DNA from: Mobula hypostoma
Taxonomy: Eukaryota
Reading direction: 5' to 3'
Assembly (NCBI RefSeq): GCF_963921235.1
Contig: NC_086097.1
Span: forward strand, 2,604,001-2,668,000
Length of the DNA: 64,000 nucleotides
Part shown: positions 50,050-62,954 of the stretch, one piece after another
Numbering within the stretch: the first letter of the stretch is position 1
Layout of the letters: each line of letters opens with the position of its first letter
The notes under the pieces: generated by a model
Told to the model about the DNA's origin: nothing
Databases searched by the model: none
The model's input: only the letters and a program-made list of their open reading frames with translations
Translations under genes and position numbers: made by a program

Positions 50050-53000
50050 TCTCATTCATTTTGTACAGTCCTAACTTAGATAATCCTTTTTTTAAAAAGG
50101 TATTTGCTTTACTGCTTGATTTAAATGAATATATGTTGATAATGGGTGGGGATTTTAACTGTTGTTTAAATCCTTTGATTGACAAGAGTTCAACCAATCA
50201 GCCACTTCCAAATCACTCCGCGTCACTTATTAATTCCTCTGACTGATTTTGGATTGATTGAATTATGGAGGTATCTGCACCCTGATAACAGAGAATATTC
50301 TTTCTCTTCACATGTTTATAAAAAATATTTGAGAATCAATTATATTATAATGGATCCTCGCTTCTTGCCTAGAGTTGAAAATTGTGAATATGATGCTATT
50401 GCTATATCTGATCATGCGCCTTTGAGTTTGTCTTTTGAATTTAATAATGTCATTCTTGCCCGTCCACCATGGCTCATGTCTCAGACACTATTGCAAAACT
50501 CTGACTTTGTCAGTTTTATTGAAACTCAGATAAAAGATTTTTTTCTTTTTAATGATATAGGGGGTACGTCTAAATTAAGCATATGGGATACATTTAAAAC
50601 ATTTTTACGTGGTCAGATCATTTCTTATTCAGCTAAGCTTAAAAAACAGACTAAAGTAGAATTAGGTAAGATTTCAGAACAAAATAAAGACTTAGATAAT
50701 ATTTATGCAATTTCCCCTAATATTGATTTATTCAAACAAAGGGTGGAACCTCAATCACAATATAATCTATTATTAACTCATCCTATTGAAGGCTATTTGA
50801 TTAAGTTAAAGAGCCAATTTTATATGTTTAAAGATAAAAATAATAAACTGCTTGCATCTCAATTAAAAACAGCTAGAGCCAAAAGACAAATTTTGAAAAT
50901 CCGTAGCAAAGATGGCGCCCTGGCTTGGGAATATGAAGAAATTAATAAGATTTTTATACTGAACTTTATAAATCTCAATGTCCAGTAGATTCCTCTAAAA
51001 TGAATGCTTTCTTACGAAAGACTGCTTTTCCTAAAATTTCTGTTGAGGATCAAAAAACTCTTGATGCCCAAATTACTGAAGCCGAAATTCATAAAGCTAT
51101 TTTTTCAATGCAATCTGGTAAGACGCCTGGACTTGACAGCTATCCTGTAGAATTTTATAAAAAATTTGGAAAATTGCTTTCTCCGGTCGTGCATGCGGCC
51201 TGTTACAGCCACTCCGACTAGTTTCCTTACTTTTTTATCACGTTATTTGTTGTATTTTTTTCCCCACGGTAACATGTTGAAGCTGCATCCTAACATGCTA
51301 GTGGAGAGAGATTTATTTGGGTTTTTAGTGCTGGAAATAGTTATATTTGGACACGTCTCACTAGCAAGGCAGCAGTATGGTGGCATTGTTTATTCCAGGG
51401 ACCAGCTGATTGCGCTTATGCCAGCCGGTTTAGCGAGCAGAGCGACAGACACCCCAGCTGAAATCTGGAGGAAAACACACAGAGGATGCAGAAGGCGATC
51501 AAAAAGGCGAGGAAAGAGGACCGGGTCGAGACAACACAGACTTATGGAAAAGAGAAGTTATAAGCCGTGTCTTCCCTCTCTCATTATGGGCAATGTGAGA
51601 TCGCTGGGTAATAAAATGGACGAGTTGGTGGCACTGGTCGGGAGTCAGAAAACATTTCCGGAGAGCAGTGTTATGTGTTTCACTGAAACATGGCTGCACG
51701 AGGACATACCCGACCAAAACGTTTCCATGGAGGGTCGGGCTGACGGGAAGTGCACTGAGAACGGTAAGTGTAAAGGAGGGGGGCTTGCTGTTCTGGTTAA
51801 CAACAGATGGTGCAATCCTGGTCATATTACGATCAAGGAACATGTTTGTAGCCCGGATATTGAACATTTTGCTGTTGGACTCTGGCCATATTCCACCGAG
51901 ATGCAACACTGGGCGTCATGGGAGGTTATTCCTGTCTGTGGCCATCAAACTTTGCAGCTCCTCCTGTGGAGGGTCAGACACCCTGAGCCAATAGGCTGGT
52001 CCTGGACTTATTTCCATCTGGCATAGTTTGCACATCGTTGTTTGATTGTTTGTGATTTTGTGTTGCTATATTTATGCTCTATTCTTGGTTGGTGCAGCTG
52101 TAACGAAACCCAATTTCCCTTGGGATCAATAAAGTATGTCCATCTATCTATGTTGGAAATAATTAAAGATTCTTTTGTGAAAGGTGATTTATCCTCTACT
52201 TTTTAATGAGGCTTCAATTTCTTTAATTCTTAAAAAGGAGACAGATCCTACTGATTGTGCCTCTTATAGACTTATTTCATTATTGAATGTCGATCCTAAG
52301 ATTCTGTCAAAGATAATTGCCAATCGGTTGGAGAATATTTTGGGTAAAATTATTTTTAAAGATCAAACAGGCTTTATTAAGGGCAGTTACTCTTTTTCAA
52401 ATGTTCGGAGATTATTTAACATTATATATTCATCTTCTTTTAAAACTCCACAATGTGTCGTCTCTTTGGATGGTGTAAAAGCGTTGGATCCAGTTGAATG
52501 GAAATATTTATTTAATGTTTTACAGAAATTTGGCTTTGGTGTTAATTTTATTAATTGGATTAGAATGATATATAAAACTCCTATTGCTACTGTTATTACT
52601 AATAACTGTAGGTCTCCTTTTTCTCAGTTTTCACAGGGGACAAGACAAGGTTGTCCGTTAACTCCTTTGTTATTTAATTTAATATTAGAACCCCTTGCTA
52701 TTGCTCTTTGTGAAACTAAAGATATTTATGGAAATTTTGTAAATGAGACCATTCATAAAATTTCTCTTTACACTGACGATTTATTGGTTTATATATCCAA
52801 TCCCGAGGAATCTATTCTTGCCTTGCTAAAATTATTTAATGAATTTGGAGATTTTTCAGGATATAAAAAATAAATTTTAGTAAAGTGAACTGTTTCCTTT
52901 AAATGAATCTGTTTCTATATATGATAATACTCCTTTCAAAGTCATGGATTCATTAGATATTTAGGTGTTATAATCACTAAAAAAATAAGGATCTTTATAA

Positions 53001-54388
53001 AGCTAATTTTGTTTCCTTGGTAGATTCTAGGAAGTATTTATTAAGTAGATGGAGTCCACTTACATTTTCACTTGTTGGTCGCATCCATATAGTCAAAATG
53101 ATGATTTTACCAAAATTTTTATATTTATTTCAGAATATCCCTGTTTTTTTGACTGAGAAGCGATTAAGCATTCTTCACTAAATTGGCTCCAGTTCCGCAA
53201 ATTTTTTTAATCTTAAAAAAATTTAAACTTTGTGGTTTAATTTACCGAAATTACTTTTTTAAGCCTTCTCTGACTGATCCAACTTTTTACTTTGGAGAAA
53301 TAAAGGTATTAATTCTTTTTTGGATTTAAAGAAGATAGACTAATGTCTTTTGACCAATTAGTTTATAAATATTCTCTTTCTTACTCACACTTATTACAAT
53401 ACCTTCAAGTTAGACATTTCTTACAAAAATATTTAAGTAATTTTCCTTACATATTGGATGCTGACCTGTTAGATACTATCATGAGTATGAACCCTTCGAT
53501 GAAGGGTTCCATTGGAAGAATTTATAATTTACTATTACAATGGGATAAGTGTCCTTTATTTAAGATTAAACAAGACTGGGAAAAGGAAATTAACTTGACT
53601 TCTAGGACGGAGCATTGGTTAACTCTTCTTCGATCTGTGCTCGTCATTCACTGATTCAATTTTAAATTGTACATCGTTACCATTTGACGAAGGAGAGATC
53701 GTCAAAAATATTCCCTAACGCTGATAGTTAATGTGATAAAACTGAGATGGCTACACTGACACACATTTTGGTTTTATTCTAAACTAGAACAGTTCCCGAG
53801 GTCAGTTTTTTTGACAATTTCTAAAGCATTTAAAATTAATTTACAACCTAACAAATTAACTGTGCTTTTGGGAATAATTCCTCAAAATACCCATGGTATT
53901 TCTTTGTCTGACCAACATGTTATTGCATTTGTTACATTGATAGCTAGGAGGGCCATTTTGTTGAAGTGGAAAGATACACCGGCTCCCACTTTGTCACAAT
54001 GGTTCTCTCATGTGATGCTATGTCTTAGTTTGGTGAAAATTAGAAGTCGAACCTTTGAACCTATGTTTGATTTTGAGAAAAGATGGGGTTCATTCGCTCG
54101 TTATTATCATTTGAGTTAATTGATAGATTTCCTTCACGATCTAATTGTAAATTTTTGGTAGTTTTTTTTGCTGACGGTTTGATGTTTATCTTTAGAAGCT
54201 TTTCTATGACACATGACTCCAGGGTTGAACACCTCACTTTTTCTTGCTCGGTAGGGGTTTCTTTTCCTTTATCACCAAAAATTTTTTCAATCTTTATAAT
54301 AATGATTTTTTCTTGAGACATTTTTAAGTGTTGTTTTCTTTGATGTACTCTTGTAAATTCTGGATAATAATAAAAAGATTTGAAAAGA
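50050..54388 (+). mobile_element. L1-clade LINE ORF2, 5'-truncated and degenerate
   Basis: MGGDFN, ISDHAP, IWDTFKTFLRGQIISYSA, SGKTPGLD.YP.EFYK, YRLISLLNVD, GTRQGCPL, ISLYTDDLLVY, and C-terminal LIARRAILLKWK. A-rich tail. Confidence 0.92.
51185..52148 (+). mobile_element. Internally deleted Rex1/Babar derivative (5' end joined to 3' end) inserted in the L1
   Basis: LPSLIMGNVRSLGNKMDEL..CFTETWL..GGGLAVLVNNRWC joins at ~51890 to a 3' end resembling 35910-36150. AATAAA and (CTAT)n tail. L1 KLLS|MLE resumes after it. Confidence 0.82.
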
Positions 54389-55291
54389 TAGTGGTTTCAT
54401 TGCTTCTTAGAACATTTCCAAAATAATAGCAAGTATGGAAAATCTGACACAACTGCTGAAAGATTAGTAATGTCTGCTGTATCAGAAGTGATCACCACTG
54501 TTCTCAAAATGAATAGCAGTATTTTAAAGTCAAACTCTGTAGCTCGTCATATTGACAAAATGAGTGAAGACATTGAGTATCAACTATGCACAGAGGTACA
54601 AAAAACTGGATGAATCAATTGTGCAAGGGTAACGAGGCATTGCTAATGGCATATATACAATTTATCAAAAATGGGAAAGATTTATGGAGATCCTGTTTTG
54701 GAAAATTTTAAAACAAATATCAAGCTCAAAATGTATATTGAGGATCAAAGTACTCTGATTAGGAACATGATTTCTTGTGCAACAGATGGAGTAATATATA
54801 TGACAGGTCATCATGCTGGTTTAGTGGCATTTATGAGGAAATAAACAAGTCTGGTCATAACACATTGTGTAATTCATCATCAACATCTCGTAGCCAAAAA
54901 CTTCAGCCAGTGACTTTTTTTCAAACATGACTCTTGTAGTATCTGCAGTCAACAAAAGCTCATCCATTAAATAGCAGAATATTTCGCCAGTTATGCCAAG
55001 ATAATGATAAAGATTTTGTATGCTTGCTTCTTCACACTGAAGTGCATTGGCTGTCAAAAGGCCACTGCTCAAGAAGTCTCCTTCATCCTTTTGGCACTGT
55101 GGTTGAATTGAATTTTTGCTCAAAGTCGACAAGAGCTTGGGAAACAAGATTGAACTTCAATGTGGAGATGTGGCAAACCTAGCTGATCTGTATGAAAAAT
55201 GAACATTTTAAATATTAAACTGTAAGGTGAAAACTTCAATTTAATCCAGGCATAAACTGCAGTGTCCACTTTTATCAGAAAATTGGAAATA

Positions 55292-56410
55292 TAGTGCCTA
55301 TAAAAAATATTCAACCCCTCGGAAGTTTTCATATTTTATTGAATCACTGTGGATTTGATTTGGAATTTTTGACACTGATCAACGGAAAAAGACTTTTTCA
55401 TGACAAAGTGAAAACAGCTGTCTACAAAGTGAGCTAAATTAATTACAAACATGAAACTCAAAGTAATTGATTGCATAAGTATTCACACCCTTTAAGTCAG
55501 TATTAAGTAGATGCACCTTTGGCAGCAGTTACAGCCTCGAGTCTGTGTGGATAGGTCTCTATCAGCTTTGCACTGCCGGACACAATTTTTCTCCATTCTT
55601 CTTTACAAAACTGCTCAAGCTCCGTCAGATTGCATATGGATCATAAGTGAACAGCTCTTTTCAACTCCAGCCTCAAATTCCAAATTGGATTGAGGTCTGG
55701 ACTATGACTAGGCCACTCCAGGACATTAACTTTGTTGTTTTTAAGCCATTCCTGCGTAGCTTTGGCTTTCTGCTTAGGGTACTTGGGAGAAGATTTGTTT
55801 TCTAGCAAGACACAGTTCTCTTGCAGACTGCATCAGGTTTTCCTCCAGGATTTCTCTGTATTTTGCTGCATTCATTTTACCCTCTATCTTCCAGGGCCAG
55901 CTGCAGTGAAGCACCCCCACAGCATCATGCAGCCACCACCATGCTTCATGACAAAGATGGTGTGTTTTTGACGGTGTGCAGTGTTTGGCTTACTCCAAAC
56001 ATAATGCTTAGTCTGATGGCGAAAAAGCTCAACCCTCTACCATCTGACTTCAGACTCTCCCACGTCTTCTGGCACATTCTAGCCAAGGTTTCATGTGAGT
56101 ATTGTTTTTGAACAGTGGCTTTCTCTTTGCCACTCTTCCATAAAGCTGTGATTGGTGAAGCAGTGGGGCAACAATTGTTGTACGTGCAGTGTCTCCCATC
56201 TCAGATACTGAAGCTTGCAACTCCTTACAGCTGTCCACAGGTTTCTTGATAGTCTCCCTCACTTTTTGAGGAAAGCCTGCTCGAGGCAAATTTACAGCTG
56301 AGCTATATTCTTACGATTTCTTGTATCCATCTCCTGACTTGTGCTTTTCAATAACCTTTTTGCAGAGTCACTTGGAGTGTTTTTGCCTTCATGGTGTAGT
56401 TTCTGCCAAT
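55292..56410 (-). mobile_element. Tc1 transposon fragment
   Basis: TA then (C/T)AGTGCCTATAAAAAATATTCAACCCC with an internal repeat AAGTATTCACACCC. Minus strand has Tc1 motifs ([39 protein letters not shown]). Confidence 0.8.
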
Positions 56411-56416
56411 TTGAAA

Positions 56417-57754
56417 CATAGAAAACCTACAGCACAATACAGGCCCTTCAGCCCACAACGCTGTGCCAAACATGTCCTTACTGTAGAGATTACCAAGGGT
56501 TACTCATAGCCCTCCATTTTTCTAAGCTCCATTAACCTATCCAGGAGTCTCTTAAAAGACCCTATTGTATCTGCCTCCACCTCCGTCGCTGGCAGCCCAT
56601 TACATGCACTCACCGCTGTCTGCGTAAAAAACATACCGCTGATATCTCCTCTGTACCTACTTCCAAGCACCTTAAAACTGTGCCCTCTCGTGTTAGCTAT
56701 TTCAGCCTGGGAAAAAGCCTCTGATTATCCACAAGAACAATGCCTCTCATCATCTTATACACCTCTATCAGGTCACCTCATCCTCCGTTGCTCCAAGAAG
56801 AAAAGGCCGAGTTCACTCAACCTATTCTCATAAGGCATGCTCCCCAATCCAGGCAACATCCTTGCAAATCTCCTCTGCACCCTTTCTATAGTTTCCACAT
56901 CCTTCCTGTAGTGAGGTGACCACAGCTGAGCATAGTACTCCAAGTGGGGTTTGACCAGGGTCCTATATATCTGTAACATTATCTCTCAGCTCTTGAACTC
57001 TATCCCACGGTTGATGAAGGCCAATGCACCGCTGAGTGTTCGATGGACTCAGACCCCAAGATCCCTCTGATCCTCCACACTGCCAAGAGTCTGACTATAT
57101 TCTATATAATACTATATTCTGCCATCACATTTGACCTACCAAAATTAACCACCTCACATTTATCTGGGTTGAATTCCATCTGCCACTTCTCAGCCCAGTT
57201 TTGCATCCTATTGATGTCTGGCTGTAACCTCTGTCAGCCCTCCACACTATCCACAACACTCCCAACCTTTGTGTCATCAGCAAATTGACTAATCCATCCT
57301 CCTTCTTCCTCATCCAGGTCATTTAAAAAAAAGAATCACGAAGAGAAGGGGTCCCAGAACAGATCCCTGAGACACACTACTGGTCACCGGCCTCCATGCA
57401 GAATGACCTGTCTACAACCACTCTTTGCCTTCCATGGGCAAGCCAGTTCTGGATCCACAAAGCAATGTCCCCTTGGATCCCATGCCTCCTTACTTTCTCA
57501 ATAAGCCTTGCATGGGGTACCTTATCAAATGCCTTGCTGAAATCCATATACTCTACATCTAACAACACATATCAAAGTTGCTGGTGAACGCAGCAGGCCA
57601 GGCAGCACTTCTAGGAAGAGGTACAGTCGACGTTTCAGGCCGAGACCCTTCGTCAGGACTAGATCTACTGCTCTACCTTCATCAATGTGTTTAGACACAT
57701 CCTCAAAAAATTCAATCAGGCTCATAAGGCACAAACTCCCTTTGACAAAGCCAT
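56417..57754 (-). mobile_element. CR1 LINE A, 3' part (continues at ~62955-64000)
   Basis: LQIYRTLVKPHLEY and YMDFSKAFDKVPH. Breaks at TTGACAAAGCCAT and resumes at ...CATATTATGCCTGTCCAAATG near 62955. Confidence 0.85.
57560..57662 (-). mobile_element. Short Penelope pLTR fragment with a hammerhead motif (57625-57660)
   Basis: Near-identical to 27722-27822; inserted in CR1 A with a short ATCTA repeat on both sides. Confidence 0.78.
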
Positions 57755-60700
57755 ATAACCATATAACAATTACAGCATGGAAACAGGCCATCTTGGCCCC
57801 TCTAGTCCGTGCCAAACGCTTACCCTCACCTAGTCCCACCAACCTGCACTCAGCCTGTAACCCTCTGTTCCTTTCCTGTCCATATACCTATCCAATTTTA
57901 CTTTAAATGACAATTTCTGCTGGAAGCTCATTCCACACAGCTACTACTCTCTGAGTAAAGTTCCCCCTCATGTTACCCCTAAACTTTTGCCCCCTAACTC
58001 TCAACTCATGTCCTCTTGTTTGAATCTCCCCTACTCTCAATGGAAAAAGCCTATCCACGTCAACTCTATCAATCCCCCTCATAATTTTAAATATCTCTAT
58101 ATCTATCAAGTCCCCCTTCAACCTTCTACGCACCAAAGAGTAAAGACCCAACCTGTTCAACCTTTCTCTGTAACTTAGGTGATGAAACCCAGGTAACATT
58201 CTAGTAAATCTTCTCTGTACTCTCTCAATTTTATTGACACCTTTCCTATAATTCAGTGACCAGAACTGTACACAATACTCCAAATTTGGCCTTACCAATG
58301 CCTTGTACAATTTCAACATTACATCCCAACTCCTATGCTCAATGCTCTGATTTATAAAGGCCAGCATACCAAAAGCTTTCTTTACCACCCTATCCACATG
58401 AGATTCCACCTTCAGTGAACTATGCACCATTATTCCTAGATCTCTCTGCTCCACTGCATTCTTCAATGCCCTAATATTTACCATGTACGTCCTATTTTGA
58501 TTAGTCCTACCAAAATGTAGCACCTCACATTTATCAGCATTATACTCCACCTGCCATCTTTCAGCCCACTCTTCTAACTGGCCTAAATCTCTCTGCAAGC
58601 TTTGAAAACCTACTTCATTATCCACAACGTCACCTATCTTAGTATCATCTGCATACTTACTAATCCAATTTACCACCCCATCATCCAGATCATTAATGCA
58701 TATGGCAAACAACATTGGGCCCAGTACAGATCCCTGAGTAACACCACTATTCACCGGCCTCCAATCTGACAAACAGTTATCCAGAAACTGCTGGAGTCAG
58801 TTATCAAAGATAACTGCGGTGAAATCATCGGACAAAGTCAGCATGGATTTGTGAAAGGAAAATCATGTCTGACGAATCTCATAGAATTTTTTGAGGATGT
58901 AACTAGTAGAGTGGATAGGGGAGAACCAGTGGATGTGGTATATTTGGATTTTCAAAAGGCCTTTGACAAGGTCCCACACAGGAGATTAGTGTGCAAACTT
59001 AAAGCACACGGTATTGGGGGTAAGGTGTTGATGTGGATAGAGAATTGGTTAGCAGACAGGAAGCAAAGAGTGGGAATAAACGGGACCTTTTCAGAATGGC
59101 AGGCAGTGACTAGTGGGGTACCGCAAGGCTCAGTGCTGGGACCCCAGTTGTTTACAATATATTAATGACTTGGATGAGGGAATTAAATGCAGCGTCTCCA
59201 AGTTTGCGGATGACACGAAGCTGGGCAGCAGTGTTAGCTGTGAGGAGGATGCTAAGAGGATGCAGAGTGACTTGGATAGGTTGGGTGAGTGGGCAAATTC
59301 ATGGCAGATGCAAATTAATGTGGATAAATGTGAAATTATCCACTTTGGTGGCAAAAATAGGAAAACAGATTATTATTTGAATGGTGGCCGATTAGGAAAA
59401 GGGGAGGTGCAACGAGACCTGGGTGTCATTATACACCAGTCATTGAAAGTGGGCATGCAGGTACAGTAGGCAGTGAAAAAGGCGAATGGTATGCTGGCAT
59501 TTATAGCGAGAGGATTCGAGTACAGGAGCAGGGAGGTACTACTGCAGTTGTACAAGGCCTTGGTGAGACCACACCTGGAGTATTGTGTGCAGTTTTGGTC
59601 CCCTAATCTGAGGAAAGACATCCTTGCCATAGAGGGAGTACAAAGAAGGTTCACCAGATTGATTCCTGGGATGGCAGGACTTTCATATGAAGAAAGACTA
59701 GATGAACTAGGCTTGTACTCATTGGAATTTAGAAGATTGAGGGGGGATCTGATTGAAACGTATAAAATCCTAAAGGGATTGGACAGGCTAGATGCAGGAA
59801 GATTGTTCCTGATGTTGGGGAGGTCCAGAACGAGGGGTCACAGTTTGAGGATAAAGGGGAAGCCTTTTCGGACTGAGATTAGGAAAAACTTCTTCACACA
59901 GAGAGTGGTGAATCTGTGGAATTCTCTGCCACAGGAAACAGTTGAGGCCGGTTCATTGGCTATATTTAAGAGGGAGTTAGATATGGCCCTTGTGGCTACG
60001 GGGATCAGGGGGTATGGAGGGAAGGCTGGGGCGGGGTTCTGAGTTGGATGATCAGCCATGATCATAATAAATGGCGATGCAGGCTCGAAAGGCCGAATGG
60101 CCTACTCTTGCACCTATTTTCTATGTTTCTATTACTACTCTCTGGCGTCTCCCATCCAGCCACTGCTGAATCCATTTTACTACTTCGACATTAATACCTA
60201 ACGATTGAACCTTCCTAACCTTCCGCGTGGAACCTTGTCAAAGGCCTTACTGAAGTCCATATAGACAACATCCGTCACTTTACCCTCGTCAACTTTCCTA
60301 GTAACCTCTTCAGAAAATTCAATAAGATTTGTTAAACATGACCTTCCACGCACAAATCCATGTTGACTGTTCCTGATCAAACTCTGTCTATCCAGATGAT
60401 TATATACACCATCTCTAAGAATACTTTCCATCAATTTACCCACCACCAACGTCAAACTCACAGGCCGATAATTGCTAGGTTTACTCTTCGAACCCTTTTT
60501 AAACAATGGAACAACATGAGCAAGACTCCGGCACCATCCCCGTTTTTAATGACATTTGAAATATTTCTGTCAGAGCCCCTGCTAATTCTACACTAACTTC
60601 CCTCAAGGTCCTAGGGAATATCCTGTCAGGACCCGGAGACTTAACCACTTTTATATTCCTTAAAAGCGCCAGTACTTCCTCTTCTTTAATCATCATAGTT

Positions 60701-62950
60701 CCCATAACTTCCCTACCTTACCTTACACAGTTCAATATCCTTCTCCTTAGTGAATACCGAAGAAAAGAAATTGTTCAAAATCTCCCCTAATTCTTTTGGT
60801 TCCACACATAGCTGTCCACTCTGATTCTGTAAGGGACCAATTTTATCCCTCACTAGCCTTTTGCTATTAATAAAACTGTAGAAACCCTGTGAATTTATTT
60901 TCACTTTATTTGCCAAAGCAACTTTGTATCTTCTTTTAGCTTTTCTCATTTATTTCTTAAGATTCTTTTTACATTCTTTATAGTCCTCGAGCACCTCATT
61001 TACTCCATGCTGTCTATATTGATTGTAGATATCTCTCTTTTTCCGAACCAAGTTTCCAATATCCCTTGAAAACCATGGCTCTCTCAAACTTTTAACCTTT
61101 CCTTTCAACCTAACAGAAACATAAAGATTCTGTACCATCAAAATTTCATCATTAAATGACCTCTATTGATCTATTACATCCTTCCCATAAAACAATTCGT
61201 CCCAATCCACTCCTTCTAAATCCTTTCGCATCTCCTCAAAGTTAGCCTTTCTCCAATCAAAAATCTCAACCCTGGGTCCAGACTTATCCTTCTCCATAAC
61301 TAGAATGAAACTAATGGTATTGTGATCACTGGACCCGAAGTGCTTCCCAACATGTACCTCCGTCACCTGACCTATCTCATTCCCTAACAGGAGATCCAAC
61401 ACTGCCCCTTCTCTAGTTGGTACCTCTATGTATTGCTGCAAAAAACTATCCTGCACACATTTTACAAACTCCAAACCATCCAGCCCTTTTACAGTATGGG
61501 CTTCCCAGTCAATGTGTGGAAAATTAAAATCTCCCACAATCGCAACCTTGTGCTTACTACAAATATCTGCTATCTCCTTACAAATTTGTTCCTCCACTTC
61601 TCGCTCCCCATTAGGTGGTCTATAATACACCCCCATAAGTGTTATTACACCATGCCCATTCCTCAATTCCAACCAAATAGCCTCCCTAGACAAGCCCTCT
61701 AATCTATCCTGCCAGAGCACCGTTGTAATATTTTCTCTGACAAGCAATGCAACACCTCCCCCTCGTGTCCCTTCGATTCTATCACACCTGAAGCAACGAA
61801 ATCCAGGAATATTTAGTTGCTAATCACACCCCTCCTGCAACCATGTTTCACTAATATCATACTTCCAGGTATTAATCCATGCTTTCAGCTCATCCACCTT
61901 TCTTATAATGCTCCTAGCATTAAAATGAATACATTTAAGAAATTTTCCACCTCTTACTCTCTGTTTATCACTAACGGTGCAAACAACTTTACTATTTTGT
62001 TTTTCTTCCTTCTCCCTTAAATCCACTGGAGCCTCTCTAGTAAACCTACCTGCAAGAATATTTGTCCCCCTCCAGTTCAGATGTAAACTGCCCCACCGGA
62101 ACAGGTCCCACCTTCCCTGGAAAACTGCCCAATTATCTATAAATCTGAAGCCCTCCCTCCTGCACCATGTCTTCAGCTACGTGTTGATCTGCGCTATCTT
62201 ACTATTTCTAAATCCGCCTGCACGTGGCACTGGTAGCAATCCTGAGATTGCTATCCTGGAGGTTCTGTCCTTTACTTTGGCACCTAGCTCCCTAAACTCA
62301 CCTTTCAGGACCTCCTCACTGTTCCTACCCACATCATTGGTCCCAACATGGACCACGACATCCGGCTGCTCACTCTCCCTCTTGAGAATACTGAGAACTC
62401 GATCCGAGATATCGCGGACCTTGGCACCAGGGAGGCAACAGACCATCCGGGATTCTCAATCTCTTCCACAGAACCTCTCATCTGTCCCCCTAACTATCGA
62501 ATCCCCTATCACTACTGCTCTCCTCTTTTCTCTCCTTCCCTTCTGAGCTGATGGTCCCGTCTCAGAGCCAGAGACGCAACCACTGCAATTTATCCCTGGT
62601 AGGTCGTCCCCATCAACAGTATCCAAAATGATGTACTTATTGGTGGAACGGCCACAGGGGTGCTCTGCTCATTCTGTCTATTCCCCTTCCCTCTCCTGAC
62701 AGTCACCTAGCTACCTGTCTCCTGACTTTTAGGGGTGACTATCTCCCTGTAACTCCTGTTTATTTCTGCTTCTGCCTCAGGAGTGATCTGAAGTTCATCC
62801 AGCTCCAGTTCCAGTTCCCTAACTAGGTTTGTCAAGAGCTGCAGCTGGATGCACCTTTTACAGGTGTAGTCACATACTGCAAACGGAGCACTCAACTGCC
62901 CTAACTGTTGCCTCCATTACCTACTCCTAAGGTAATTAGATTTATTAAAG
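57755..62950 (-). mobile_element. Near full-length CR1 LINE B (ORF1 Cys/zipper + esterase, ORF2 APE-RT), split by CR1 C
   Basis: CKRCIQLQLL..ELELELDEL, VHVGTNDVG, GDFNFPHIDW, NYRPVSLT and YADDTK. ACAGTTATCCA (to 58783) continues as CTACTCTCTGG after 60132. Confidence 0.88.
58784..60132 (+). mobile_element. CR1 LINE C, 5'-truncated and relatively young
   Basis: ORFs 58851-60042 (YLDFQKAFDKVPH, FADDTK, LVRPHLEYC); tail TTTTCTATGTTTCTAT. Confidence 0.92.
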
Positions 62951-62954
62951 GACT

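Larger units (their letters stand above)
48986..55289 (+). mobile_element. Degenerate hAT (Buster/Charlie) transposon split by an L1 insertion
   Basis: ~49850-49985 reads YLEYGFI...LKPSRLQEHFCKRHPEKA. ~54390-55290 reads degenerate ERLVM.AVSEVITTVL, SEDIEYQL, ALLMAY, SCATDG, HCVIHHQHLVAKN, LLLHTEV.WLSKG. The left end near 48986 is tentative. Confidence 0.72.

Noticed and set aside
51166..52026. 286-aa ORF as a novel host gene
   Set aside because: It is a chimera of L1 flank, Rex1/Babar APE start and an out-of-frame 3' end.
49612..55289. Domesticated ZBED/SCAND3-like transposase gene
   Set aside because: Multiple stops and frameshifts, and interruption by an L1.
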